Assembly (NCBI GenBank): GCA_010015805.1
Contig: ML978125.1
Span: forward strand, 1,798,001 to 1,862,000
Reading direction: 5' to 3'
Length of the DNA: 64,000 nt
From: Rhizodiscina lignyota
Lineage: Eukaryota
Below, piece by piece: positions 13,349-25,016 of the stretch. The notes beneath the pieces are model-generated. The model saw nothing but the letters and a program-made list of their open reading frames with translations, was not told the DNA's origin and did no database searches. The position numbers and the translations under genes are program-made. Numbering within the stretch: the first letter of the stretch is position 1; the number at the start of each line of letters is the position of its first letter.

Positions 13349-14790
13349 ATGAACACAGGCAGCGATGATGAGGAGCTTGCAGATGTGCAGGGAGACGATG
13401 AGGTGGCTTGGACAGCGATGATGATGAGGAGCTTGTGTGGGGGGAAGAGATGCAAGAGCTTGGCCTCCCGGGTGATGAAGATGTGGGAGCATTCCCACCC
13501 CTGCCGTTGTGCCTCAGTCGAACAAGCGCCGAAGTGAAATAGATAGGTTCCTCGCACACGCCGACCCCTTTCTGGCCCTGTATCAAGAACTCGAGCACCG
13601 GATGCTCGTCCTTTTGCCGGCAGGCTCTACATCTCAACACCCGGTCCTTGGCGATGTTGTTAAGGCGCACACCCCGAAAGGCTTTGACGTTCTGCATCTA
13701 CTGCATGTGTCAGCCAAGCTACCTAGTCGCTGAGAGTGGAATAATGCCTGGCAACCTTCGATACTCGACGACCCCAGCTATACGATCAAGCAGTTGTTCC
13801 TCCGCATATTTTCGCAAATCGGCAAGGATTCTCGCCAGGCTGTTATGGACTTCATTTCAATGAAATTCTGGTATTTAACAGTGGAGGGCCGCCGGATTAA
13901 GGGCGATGCGATGTACTGGGCTTCTCCGTTCATCCAGGTGCTACAGTGGTTTCGCGAGACTTTTCTCGAGCTGGCAATTCGGCAGGGCTTGAAGACCATT
14001 ATTATCTATGGTTATTACGCTGCTGTCGGCATGCGCGAGTGGTGGCTGAGGAACCCACATCTCCACTCTCTGGTCGAGCTCCGGTTTGTTAAGCACCTCG
14101 AGTGGACTGGTCTTTGGGCGAACAAAGAACAGTTTCAGCACGAAATCAACTGAAGTCAATTGCGGCTGCCCTTGGAATCGCATGCGACACTGACTGGATG
14201 CGCCAGAGTCACAAACATGAGAAGGTCGCGCGACACGAGTTGGACATTCTTGTGAGGCGTCGAAAAAGCGCGTGGGCAAAGCAACGCGTACAGGACGAAC
14301 CAAAACGGCTACCGCGATCGGCAGAGAGCGCTGCGAAAGAACGCGTATGCGACGAACAAGGACGGATTCCGTGATCGCAAAAAGGCGTCGGAAAAGAAAG
14401 CCTATGCCAGCAACAAGAACGGACGTCGCGACAGGCAACTCGCAAAGCAGAACCATCAGTACCGCACGAACGAGGGCGGATTCCGCGACAAGGTCAATGC
14501 CGCGCGAAACCACGCCTACAAGACCAACGAGAACGGCGCGCGTGATAGGCACAAGGCTTCTTTCGAGGCGTCGTACTGGGACCTTGACACTGGCATCAGA
14601 GAGAAAAAGCTCGAACGGGGAAGAGACGACTACCATGAGAAGGCAGCAGATCAGGACTGGCTCGATGCCAAGAACGCCAAACGAGCTGCTGAGACCGCCG
14701 CCCGTGTTGCAGACAACATACCACAACAGGCTCTACGATTCTACGAACCTTGTGGGGTATGGATGTCAAGTTCCGCTCCTCAATGGCGTA
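13349..14790 (+). pseudogene. Copy 1 of the unassigned repeat/zinc-finger gene family; disabled
   Basis: DPFLALYQELEHRMLVLLP...KGFDVLHLLHVSAKLPSR*EWNNAWQPSILDDP, frameshift, then FLRIFSQIGKDSRQAVMDFISMKFWYLTVEGRRIKGDAMY, aligning with ORF 45549-46490. Six 19-aa repeats at 14283-14624, then ALRFYEPCGVW. In-frame TGA at 13731 and frameshifts. Confidence 0.85.
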
Positions 14791-15249
14791 CCCTCAGGAC
14801 AAGCCGCCGCGAGCCTCACGTCTGCTTTACCTGTTTGTTCTGTCACCTTCTGGCGTAAGCCTCGAAGTACAAGATTATACGCCAAACATCCGGGGCTATC
14901 GTTCGTCTCGTTAGTTATCGCCCCTAGTGTGTAGTGAATGTCGCTCAAGAGATTTTCGACTTCCTTGTTGCTTATTTCACTACTCTTGCAAAGCTCGAGC
15001 GCATGCAAAACGGCGCAGAGCCGTTTCTCCAGCGCCTGATAAAGGGCGAGGGAGGGGTCGGACTGAGTGAGGAGCTCGCCAACGACTGGGGATGGTGGCG
15101 GAGCTCGATCATCACAGGCTCCAAGCTGCTTCGTATCCGAATCCATACCATCAGTTCCATGCTCTTTTAACCAGACATCGTCTACCGGTTCATCGACGGG
15201 CTTATCCTCATCGTCGAAAATGGTAGTGTCGTCGACTTGGTCATCCTCA
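14766..15249 (-). pseudogene. Copy 4: truncated or chimeric family member sharing only the acidic N-terminus and first helix, convergent with copy 1
   Basis: VDDVWLKEHGTDGM...VGELLTQSDPSLALYQALEKRLCAVL versus copy 2 MEHLWLEQQDDDEM...VDEFMAQPDPFSALYEELERRMLALL. Confidence 0.65.
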
Positions 15250-15412
15250 TCACTGGGTCTTGGATGGGTTAACACTCTCCTGGGTTTCATTTGCATAATA
15301 CACATGCATATAATGTCTCCCTTACTAATTCTTTTCTACAAATTTGGAGGCGTTGTACGGCGAAATTCCCAGTAGAGCTTTAGCGCTAGATCTTCATCAA
15401 ACACTGTTATTC
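15250..15412 (+). repeat. Right copy of the direct repeat: degenerate duplicate of the DHA1 gene 3' end
   Basis: Translates as SLGLGWVNTLLGFICII..IMSPLLILFYKFGGVVR versus the intact SLGLGWGNTLLGGIAIIMCPLPVLFYKYGRIVR. It is followed by the same tagcgctagatctt. Confidence 0.9.
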
Positions 15413-15493
15413 TGAAGTAGACTACCAATCCTCATAGTCACGTTGTCTGGCTTATGCAAAGCAACGACCATATCTGTTGAAGCGGCCGAACCA

Positions 15494-17571
15494 CTATACT
15501 AGCTTATCGGGAAGCTTCTCCGGCATCCTTTCGCCACTTCCACTTGGGGATTCCGTGCCCTCGAGAACACCGGCCTCGCCATGGATCAAATGTTCGACGT
15601 TCACACGTGGTCCCTTGAACCACTTCCGCCCGGAAAAGGCGTAGTAAAGGAGGGCAAACATCATCTGGTTTCGTCAGCTATTTTGCATCTCACGAGCCAA
15701 TCGCCCAACCCCAACTACTTACCACTCCGCCATAAATGAGACAAGTGTAGTTCATTGTGAGGTCGTTTAGATCCTTGCCTTTGACTGATGGGAAAGTCAA
15801 AGCAGGGATGATAAGAAGCAGCCATCCAACAGCCACGGCGCCAATCGGCTTGGACCATCGGCCGAGGTGCCACGGTCCTGCGCGTATGTGGGTTAGCATG
15901 CGATGGTTGGGGGCACAACCCTTGAATTTTGTACTGACCTGGTCTGAACTTGTCACCGGCAAAGAAAAGCTTCAGTCCAATGGGAGTAACAAAGGCAATA
16001 TATTGACCAATGGCTCCGATACTGAAGACCGCTCCAATCGCAACCGGGGATGCGAAAAGCAAGAGGCCCAGCAAAGCGGCAATCGTGAGAACGAACCAGA
16101 CGCTGTTCACGGGCGTCTTCGTCCTGGAGTTGACTTTACTCCACCACCTGCTACCAGGGATAGCGCCATCGCGGGAGTACGCAAAAATGACGCGAGATGC
16201 CGCGATGGTACATCCTTGTCCAACGAAAAATTGGGCAATGATGTTGAGTGCGAACATGGCTAGCAGTCGTTAGCAATCTTAAATGCGGATTTCTGCTGCT
16301 GCAAGCATACCAAGACCGGACTTTTTGCCCAAGACTTGCACACACAGACTAGCCATGGGCTGTCCATATGGACCAGCAACAACATCAGCGACATCTTTGA
16401 CGGTATATGCGATCACGAGGATGATGGCGAAGCCGAGGTAAAGGCCGAGCTGTCCTGTCATAACAATGGCTCGCGGCTGTTCCTGGTCAGTCGTAATTGG
16501 AATGGAAGAATACAATATTACTTACACCGGCTATGTTTGCGTTTGAGCACTCTTCACTAAGGTGGAATGGAGTGTCATATCCTATATGTTTGTCAGAAAT
16601 GTGCGGTCTCGCTTCATGGTGATTAAGCCCTACCAGACATAGTCCAAATGACCGAGAGGAAGCCCTGCTCCTTGTAAACAATAACTCATTCTTCCCAAAT
16701 ATTTTATACTGACCATTATTACACTCCAGCCAACCGGCCACTCCGTCCCATTCTCAATATTTACCCAAACGGTATCGTTATCGTTGAATTTGGGGCGATT
16801 AATCGAAGATGCAGGTAACCAGATGCAGAATATAATTAAAACACCCATATTAACAATCGTCCCGACAATGTTTAGTTGGCCCAAAAACTTGGTGGCATTC
16901 ATCGTCAACAGCCCCTGGATTAGCAGGATAAGCAGGAACACGAGGTATAAGTGCCAATCTTTCCCCACGTAGTCGGGATTTCCAATTTCTGCTGCGGCGA
17001 TTATCATGGCGGCAAGCGCGTAGTTAACGGAGCAAGGCCCGGTAGCAAAGCCGGCGAAATTGGACCATCCAACGACCCAAGATGCGAACGGGCCCCACCC
17101 TTCGGGTGCAAGTACAGCAGTGGCGTAATAGAGTCCACCGGCAGTGGGCATACTGGAGCATAGCTCGGCCATGCCAAATACGACACTCTGAATGAGAATG
17201 CCGGCCACTATCCATCCCCATGTTGAACCAGCTTGGCCAGAGTAGGCAAGGTTGTAGGACAAAGTCGAGGCAATCGACGGCAGTAGGCCGAGCACAGAGA
17301 ATGAGACGGAAAATGATTCTATCCAAGTGAGATCACTGGGATTGATTAGTTAAGGTATCGCGCATGGTATTTAGATCAAGGCTTGCCGTTTAAACTCCTG
17401 TTTGTATCCCAATGCCACCAGAACTTCTTCGTCCGCGTCGGCAACATGGTCTATGACTGCGTGCTCGCCCCTTTTCGTGAAGATAGACGTGACATGGAGC
17501 GAGTTCTCGTTTACAGTATGACGCGTTCCCCCGGCGGAGACGACCGACGCATTCCGCTGAGTATCTCCCAT
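15494..17571 (-). CDS. APC-superfamily amino acid/GABA/polyamine permease (Uga4/Tpo5-like), multi-exon
   Basis: LGYKQEFKR, SFSVLGLLPSIASTL, MAELCSSMPTAGGLYY, GYDTPFHLSEECSNA, ASRVIFAYSRDGAIPGS, MNYTCLIYGG, RKWFKGP. Confidence 0.92.
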
Positions 17572-19358
17572 TGCTTGTGATGAATTGGGTGACAGGCTCC
17601 TCCAATTGCGTATTTTTTAATACATGGACCTTCACCTCCGCGCGGAAGAGAGAATTGGATATATAAGAAGAAAGGACGCCACGGATTTCGGGCTATTACG
17701 AAACAGTATACTTATCGCGAGCTCTTGGAAGAAATCTGGATGAGGTTTGAGGGGTCTCTTAAAGTCAAATGCGGTCGCGCACACCGAGACAACTGCCACC
17801 AGATAATCCTAGATAAGGATCGTTGTTCGAGGCGCGTATCACGTATGGGGATACAACAGACGCGGCAGGGCTCAAGCGAAATGCGCCTCCGCACCCGCCC
17901 TCGGTCGCACAGTCTCATGGGAGGTCAACGCGAAGGCGCCATGTCGGCATAGATAACGACCTTCCATTGCGAGTTAGATGATCGTGTGAGTGGTGGTATG
18001 CCCTCACTGTCAATCACTGCATTACGGCTGTTCCGATAACGAGGGGATGTCGACGAGGTTGATATGGCCCTAAGCTCGTTACAACGTTAGCTGCAGCGGC
18101 TAAGCTCCATCAAGACATGGAGACCCGTCTATCGCTTTCCGTTCCGCAATTCTAGGCTCCGGCCAAATGGCATTGTCAGATTGCTTGGTGGTGGTGGCGC
18201 AAAAAGCAATTGGTCGTCTCGTTCGTATGCTCCACCGCCAAACGACGCAACAACTGGAACAAATAGAGTGGAGTATTGCATCGTGTGATACTTGCTTCCG
18301 AGTCGAGGATAGAGTGAGTCAGAAGCTTAAAGCAACCTGGCGATTAGGATACATACACAATTACTCCGACTCTCCTTGGCCAGCACAGGCTGGTATCATA
18401 AATGATAATATCCCAAGATGGCCAACTCCACGACCAAAACCACTCTGAATGGACAAGGAGTAATGCAAATCTCACCTTTCTCGGCGCCCTCTCTGACACT
18501 GACGTTCTTCTCTATCTGATACCCAGCAGCGGCGTCATCCCCGTACTGAGCAGTATCAAATTCAAACCAAGGTCTGCGGACGCTAACCTTAAGCAGGTTT
18601 TTCGTAACCTGGAATGTGAGCCGACGAGTGGGAGAGTATAAGTGCATTTAATGCTCAAGGCCAGTACCAACGTCTATCGTTGTTGGAAAAAGTATGTCGC
18701 CCGACAGGTTTTGCTCTTCCCGACAATTGGACGATTGGCGAGCTGAATGAATGGTGATGATGCGCAACAACAAAGGAGATGTTCCAATACTACCTAATGC
18801 TCACAGACAGAACTTCGGCTCATACGCGCAAGATAATGCGTAAACGAAGGTATCTGAGATTCAGTGTTTCGAAAGGGCTTGTTCTAGTAGCTGGTTGAAA
18901 GCCCAGCCACCTCAATTTTTAACAACACCAACTGCGAAAATGCGCCCACGATATCCATACGAAGCTCAGAAATGACCAGAATTCGCCTGAAAAGTACTGG
19001 ATACTTGGTTCTATCATAGAAAATCTTGTTCTAAATGTTCAGAAGGTAAAAATGTCATTAGGGCGATATTTTCCTTGATTTCTCTTATCATGAATTTGAT
19101 TTGCCCACCAGCCTCTTTGACAGCCTCTTGATTTCAGTCCTAGCCACCAACCACTCCCAATGCTTCCCGCCTCATAAATCATTGTCCTGCCTCTCGCTAT
19201 GTTTTCATCTCAGTTGGACTGTCATCTCCCTCACTCTCATTGCCATTGTTGCTGCTCGTGGTAACTGCAAGGTTGCGTGCGCAATTGAGCTGCCGTCCGG
19301 TACCACGACAGGAGAGCGTTAAAAACTATCATTGCAGTCTTCTCAAGTTCTCTTCGCG

Positions 19359-20722
19359 ATGTCTCCTTCGAGTAAATTCATATACGCAACATTACCGGCT
19401 CTGGTCCTAGGGCAAACTTTTTCTGCTGGAGAAGTAATCCCTATTACGCTTGATGGTGGGTAAACGAACCAAAAAGTCAGAGGATAAGCAGGTACTAATA
19501 TTGTTTCAGGATACATCACTTCGATAACATTACCATACTGGAGCGGTGAGAGTGCAGCTGCGACTGCTCCGATAACTGTCACGCCCACGCCGGAAATTAT
19601 CTCTGGTGCTATCAACAGCGCTGCTTCAGCGGTATCGTCAATAGAGTCAGCGGCCAACTCTATCTTGTCAGGCTCTGCCAGCAGTAAGTTTATCTCCTCT
19701 AGAGACTCCGAATTTCTATCTGAGAATGTATAGGCCTCAGTCTCGCAACCATCGCTGTCTCAATCGTCGTCCCTGTCATACCATCAGCTACCTCTCGAGC
19801 ATCAACACTCACAACCCCATCAACAGCGCCAGTGGCAACAGCATCCACAGAACAGAGTGTGACTTCAGTGCCCAGTTCTACACCTCAATCCAATTCCGAA
19901 TCCGTGCAAAGCGCAACGGTTCCCGCTTCGACTCCGAGCAGTTCACCACAGCCTTCGACAACCAACGCACTTTCCGTTTTGATCTCAGCGTTCAGCGGTA
20001 CAACAACGGTCACATTCTCAACGACCTCTGGCGCAAGTTCTGAGACTTCCACTATCTCAACGACTGCCTCGTCTGGCGAGATCCCATCGAGCGTCGCATT
20101 CTCATATATCCCTCCACTTCCACCAGCATCATCCACAGGATCCGCATCGCCAACAGGATCTGCATCACCCTCAGAGTCCGCATCGCCCACAGGATCCACA
20201 ACACCATCAGGGTCCGCAACAACTTCAGAGTCTACATCACCCTCAGGATCCGCATCATCTTCTTCCGGGACGACTGTAATTGTGCCGGTACCAACGAGCC
20301 GGGAATCATCGATCCGCTCAAGCGCATCAAGTGTCGCATCATCCATCGCATCAGCGGTCTCATCGCACATATCGAGCCTGTCAAGCGAAATATCGAGCGC
20401 CACTGCTTCCGAAAGCAGTAGAGTATCGGGTGTTGAATCATCGGTTTCATCGAAGGTCTCTAGTATCGAATCGTCCGCAAGCAGCGTCGTCAGTGTGGCC
20501 AGCACCTTGGCAACCACGACGTCAAGCAGGGCTTCGACCTCTACAACAGCTTCTGGATCGAGTTCAAGCTCGTCCAGCTCAACCAGTACCATTGGCGCTT
20601 CTTCGGGCTCCGCGACGGCACCTGTCCCAACGGCATCGCCAGGAGCCGCAGGCCGAACTATGTCCAACGGCCTTGTCAGCGGTGGACTGATTGGGCTTGT
20701 GGTCGCCTGGCTGATTGCATAA
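19359..20722 (+). CDS. Ser/Thr-rich secreted, probably GPI-anchored cell-wall protein, with introns in the 5' part
   Basis: Signal-like MSPSSKFIYATLPALVLG, long S/T low-complexity ORF with (T/S)GSASP repeats, hydrophobic C-terminus GGLIGLVVAWLIA. Confidence 0.75.
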
Positions 20723-20926
20723 CCGAATTATTGAGTCTGTTACGAATTATGGGACGGCATGCTTCGAGCGATAATTTTATTCTTTCATGTATATCTTCAT
20801 CAGTTGTTATGTTTCTGCATAGAGGTTCTGGACGACACCGTCAGATTATGTACCCTTAATCGTTAATGGAAATGATACCCATACTAAATTTACCTTGGCT
20901 ACCACCTTTTGCACCGGCACAAGGGT

Positions 20927-21127
20927 GACAAGAAGATTTAGGGCAGCTTTCAAGATACTGAACTTCTATGATCTATAGCCTCTACGCCGGATAAAGGGCA
21001 CGAGTTTTTTAAGGTCTGTTATTGTTATATACACTCTACAGAACGTAGAACTAACCTTTTTGAGATAGTCTTGCTAGCCTGAAAATACGAGAGCTGCTCG
21101 CCCGCCATTTATCTTATCACGCTCGAG
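20927..21127 (+). repeat. Dispersed non-coding repeat, diverged copy of 39627-39853
   Basis: Shared collinear blocks atagcctctac, gataaag, ttatatacac, agaacgtagaactaa, gaga.agtct, gag.tgctc and tcacgctcgag. Confidence 0.8.
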
Positions 21128-21423
21128 TAAGACACTATTCCGTGACCGATCTCGCATTATGACGATAGTATCACTTGTTGAGACAACCCTCCCTCTTGGC
21201 AATCGTTGAGATCGTCTATTTCTGCTGTACCTTTGAGATGCTGATGGTTGGTAGCTGCTGCAGCCAAGAGACTTGGTTGATTCAGCGCCACCAAGGACGC
21301 ATGGGGAAAGACACTGCATTGGGTAATTATGCTCGACCATACTCAAAAATATTCGACTACATAAAGCGAGCATCATGAAAGGCAATTTGTCCCTCAGTCA
21401 GGTTTTGCTCTCAGTGGGACAAG

Positions 21424-22963
21424 ATGGCTTCCTTTGCAAACGTGCCACAATCCGCGAGTCCAAAACCCGCTCCTTTTCAGGTTGCCATATCCGACGAGCA
21501 GATCGCAGAATTCCAACAACTGCTACGTCTCTCAAAAGTTGGGCCAGATACATTTGAAGGAAGACAGATAGATCGGAGGTATGGCGTAACGCGGGATTGG
21601 CTGATACAAGCAAAAGCTGAATGGGAAAAGTTTAACTGGTATGTAGGTCAGAGATGATATGGCCGCATTGCTAATTAGTGGACAGGAGAGCGTGCGAGAA
21701 TAGAATCAATGCCGTACCCAACTATACCATGCCGGTCCCAGACACGGACGGCGTAACGTTCAACATACACTTCATCGGTCTCTTTTCTGCTAAAGAGGAT
21801 GCGGTCCCTGTCCTCTTCCTCCATGGATGGCCCGGTGAGCATGACCCATGCAATTTGGCCTGCCTCTGTTGACCAGTTTAGGTAATATATTGGAGTTCAT
21901 CCCGATAATATCCATTTTACAACAGAGGTACACGCCAGAAACGCTACCATACCACATAATCGTGCCATCACTACCTGGCTATGCCTTCTCCTCGCCGGCC
22001 CCCTTGTTCAAAGACTTTCAGATCCAGGATGTCGCTCGGGTGATGAACACGCTCATGGAACAGCTGGGTTTTAGCGACGGTTACATTGTTCAAGGAGGTG
22101 ATATTGGAAGCAAAATTGCGCGAATTATCGCTGTAGAACATGCTAGCTGCAAAGGTAAGTTGAGCGCCCAATTATCTGCTCTGCACGTTCAGGCCACTGC
22201 TGACGCATACCATACAGCCATTCATGGTATGTCTCTCCTCTGTTACGAAGGCTGGCTCCACCTCATGTACGCCGCCCGCAGTCAATTTTTGCATCATGCC
22301 AAAGCCCGAAGGCACCAGTGACCTCCCGGTGAACCAACTGGAGCAGCAGGGCCTCGATCGAGCATTTGAATTCAAGCGTGTTGGTTCTGGTTACGCCCTT
22401 GAGCATGCTACGAAGCCCAGCACGATTGGACTTGTGCTGGCAACAAACCCGCTCGCACTTCTGGCATGGTACGTTGCATGCTCCAATTCGATATGTATGT
22501 ACGTGAAAACGCTTTATAGCTAATAGTAGACGGCTTGTAGGATTGGCGAAAAGTTCTTGGACTGGACTGATGACGATCCCTCGATGGACGAGATCCTTTC
22601 CTCAGTGACGTTGTACTGGTTCACTGAGACGTTCCCGCGGTCTATGTATCCCTACCGACAGGTATTTAGACACTCTCAACTGTGGTCCAGAATGTTCCAC
22701 TGACACAAGTGGGACGACAGCTCTTCACTCCTGGTGTCATTGGTGCCCACGAGATGCCAAAATGGCATATCAAGAAGCCATTTGGCTTTTCGTGGTTTCC
22801 GAAAGAGCTCGCGCCAATTCCAAGGTCATGGGCCGCAACGACTGCCGACGATCTCTGCTTCTATCGCCAACACGAGAAAGGTGGGCACTTCGCTGCCCTT
22901 GAGCGGCCTGAGGTGCTTCTTCAAGATCTAGAAGACTTCATAAAGCAAGTATGGAAGAATTAG
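21424..22963 (+). CDS. Microsomal-type epoxide hydrolase (EHN + alpha/beta hydrolase), multi-exon
   Basis: PAPFQVAISDEQI, LFLHGWPG, IVPSLPGYAFSS, nucleophile motif QGGDIGS, PLALLAW/IGEKF, GGHFAALERP. Confidence 0.95.
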
Positions 22964-23131
22964 ACGTCTTTGCTTTCGCCAAAGTGCGCGGTACATGCAA
23001 GCTATATAACTGCTATCACCCATGCTGCAAGAGTCATTATAGTATCCCATTCAAAAGGCATTTATCCATTCCATGCATACTCCTAAGCTAAACATTCCAA
23101 CGCAGCACGATATTCTTGTCTAAAGCAAGAT

Positions 23132-24142
23132 CTATCCGAAAGGCGGGATCCCGACCATTGCAATACATAGAAGCGCAATAACGAGTCCGAGATGCGATGT
23201 TAGTTGTACTCCGTTCGATGTGCTTGTTGCTCCCGCTGCACTAGCAGAAGTAGTGCTAGTTCCATTCGCGGTTGTATTGGTTGGCTTCACAACTGGATCG
23301 TAAGATTTGCACGACGCGTTCGTGGCGACGGGGCAGTCGTCCTGTATTAATTAGTCCATGAGCTCCAGTCCGAAGCAGTGTGTGCTGCACAAATGAGAAG
23401 GCGCTTACCGCAATACAGATAGCTTGTAACTCTTCCTTCGCGCTTGGCAGAACAGCTGCCGCTGCAGCACATTTGTGCCCAAATACAGCATTGAGCGTGT
23501 TCCCAACGGTCGCAGCGTCTGAATCAGAGACGCCAAAGGAGGCAGCGGACATGCCGACTTGCTGGATGAAGTACCCAACTTCAAACGCGTCGAGCGCCAT
23601 GAACTTATGCACCTCATACATGGACGTGTCACCTGAGTAGGAGGAGAACCCTGATTTGCCGTATTGAGAACAGTTCAGAACGGCTCCGAAGAACTCATAC
23701 AGATGGGTTAGGAGTTTACTGACAGCAGTGAGCGTAGTACGGAGACATGAGGCAGCCATTATGCTTACTATTGATTTGAGCTCGTCCCATTTGCAGGCTT
23801 GTTCAACTGCAGAGGTGTAGCGCCGCCATCATCAAGGAAATTGACAGAGACACCGCTTTTGCTGCCATTGTTCGTCGATTCGAGGGCGCCGGAGAAATAT
23901 TGCGCAAGATTGACGTCGGTGTTGTTGTACTTTGCTGCGGCAAGAATGCCAGGGACTTTGATGCCGACATTAGGCTTTGTATAATTACCGATAACTGCTG
24001 TGTTGACAACAAGAGTGATGAGTTTCAGCTGATTCGTGGCATTGTTCTCCTTGAGCAGCGCTGTGGTGTATTTGTCGCAAATGGACTCCGCAGAAGCGAG
24101 GCCAAAAATGGCCAGAGAGAGATGTTTAATTGAGAATCGCAT
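23132..24142 (-). CDS. Secreted, probably GPI-anchored protein with a truncated (2/2) globin-like domain, 3 exons
   Basis: Signal peptide; SICDKYTTALL; YSGDTSMYEVHKFMALDAFEVGYFIQQVGMSAASFGV resembles the truncated-haemoglobin F/G helices; S/T linker and hydrophobic tail LGLVIALLCIAMVGIPPFG. Confidence 0.65.
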
Positions 24143-25016
24143 TTTTAAATTTGATATGATTGTAGAATGGGGAAACTAATGATGGACAAAGCAGTATACT
24201 TAAACTTCAGCTTGGCAGAACTCTCCTATGCAACAAAGGGGAGAGAAGAATGTGCATTCCAGTTGCCGTCACAGGCAACAATGCTGCCATTTTGTTTCAT
24301 TTTACATACCTAAACGTAGTCAGTCAATACATTCGCTCCCGCAATTGTTATGAAGTTGTCACAGGAGATTTGGTTGCTATGACAAACCATTCCGGGGTCA
24401 GGCTAAGCAAACTCACCTTCACTACACTGTAGTTAATAAGACAGATTAGATTGAAACCGTAACCTTATTATAGGTAAACCCAAAAAGACTTTGGAAATGA
24501 GAGAACGAGAACTTCTACTGTATGTCTGTAGGGATCGGGTCCAGTACGGCAAAATGGTTAGAAAGGGCTTGCTGATGCTGCTCATCGTGATTGGGCAAAC
24601 CAATAGCCGCAATGTTCCCTGTTGGCCAACTGAATGTTAGGCTTTTCTGGAGTACATAGCATGGGCATTACTAGATGAAATACACGAGGTGAATTGCAGA
24701 AAGTAACTAGCAAGTGGCAGATGTAATGCAGTTGATAAGAGGCTACGATAAAGATAGGATCGTCGGGCTTCTCCGACGGCGGATGTTAGGCTTCCATCTT
24801 CCTTTTCATCTTGTCGCCGTCAGGGCACATCTCTGTATTCATGATCCATGCCTCTAGATTACTTGTCAAGAGTGTCACTGAGGCAGTTCTAGTTTTCAAT
24901 TGCAGTTGCCGTCCAAAGCGCAAGTATACATAACGTCTCTCACTGCTCTCCTTTCTTCCAACCTACAGGGTCGCCGATGCAGGATCTGGATTGCTTCTAA
25001 CATTCAGTGTCCGAGA

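Noticed and set aside
18167..18860. Short ORFs in the long intergenic region, and likewise at 35655-36005
   Set aside because: No motifs, convincing splice pattern or homology within the window.
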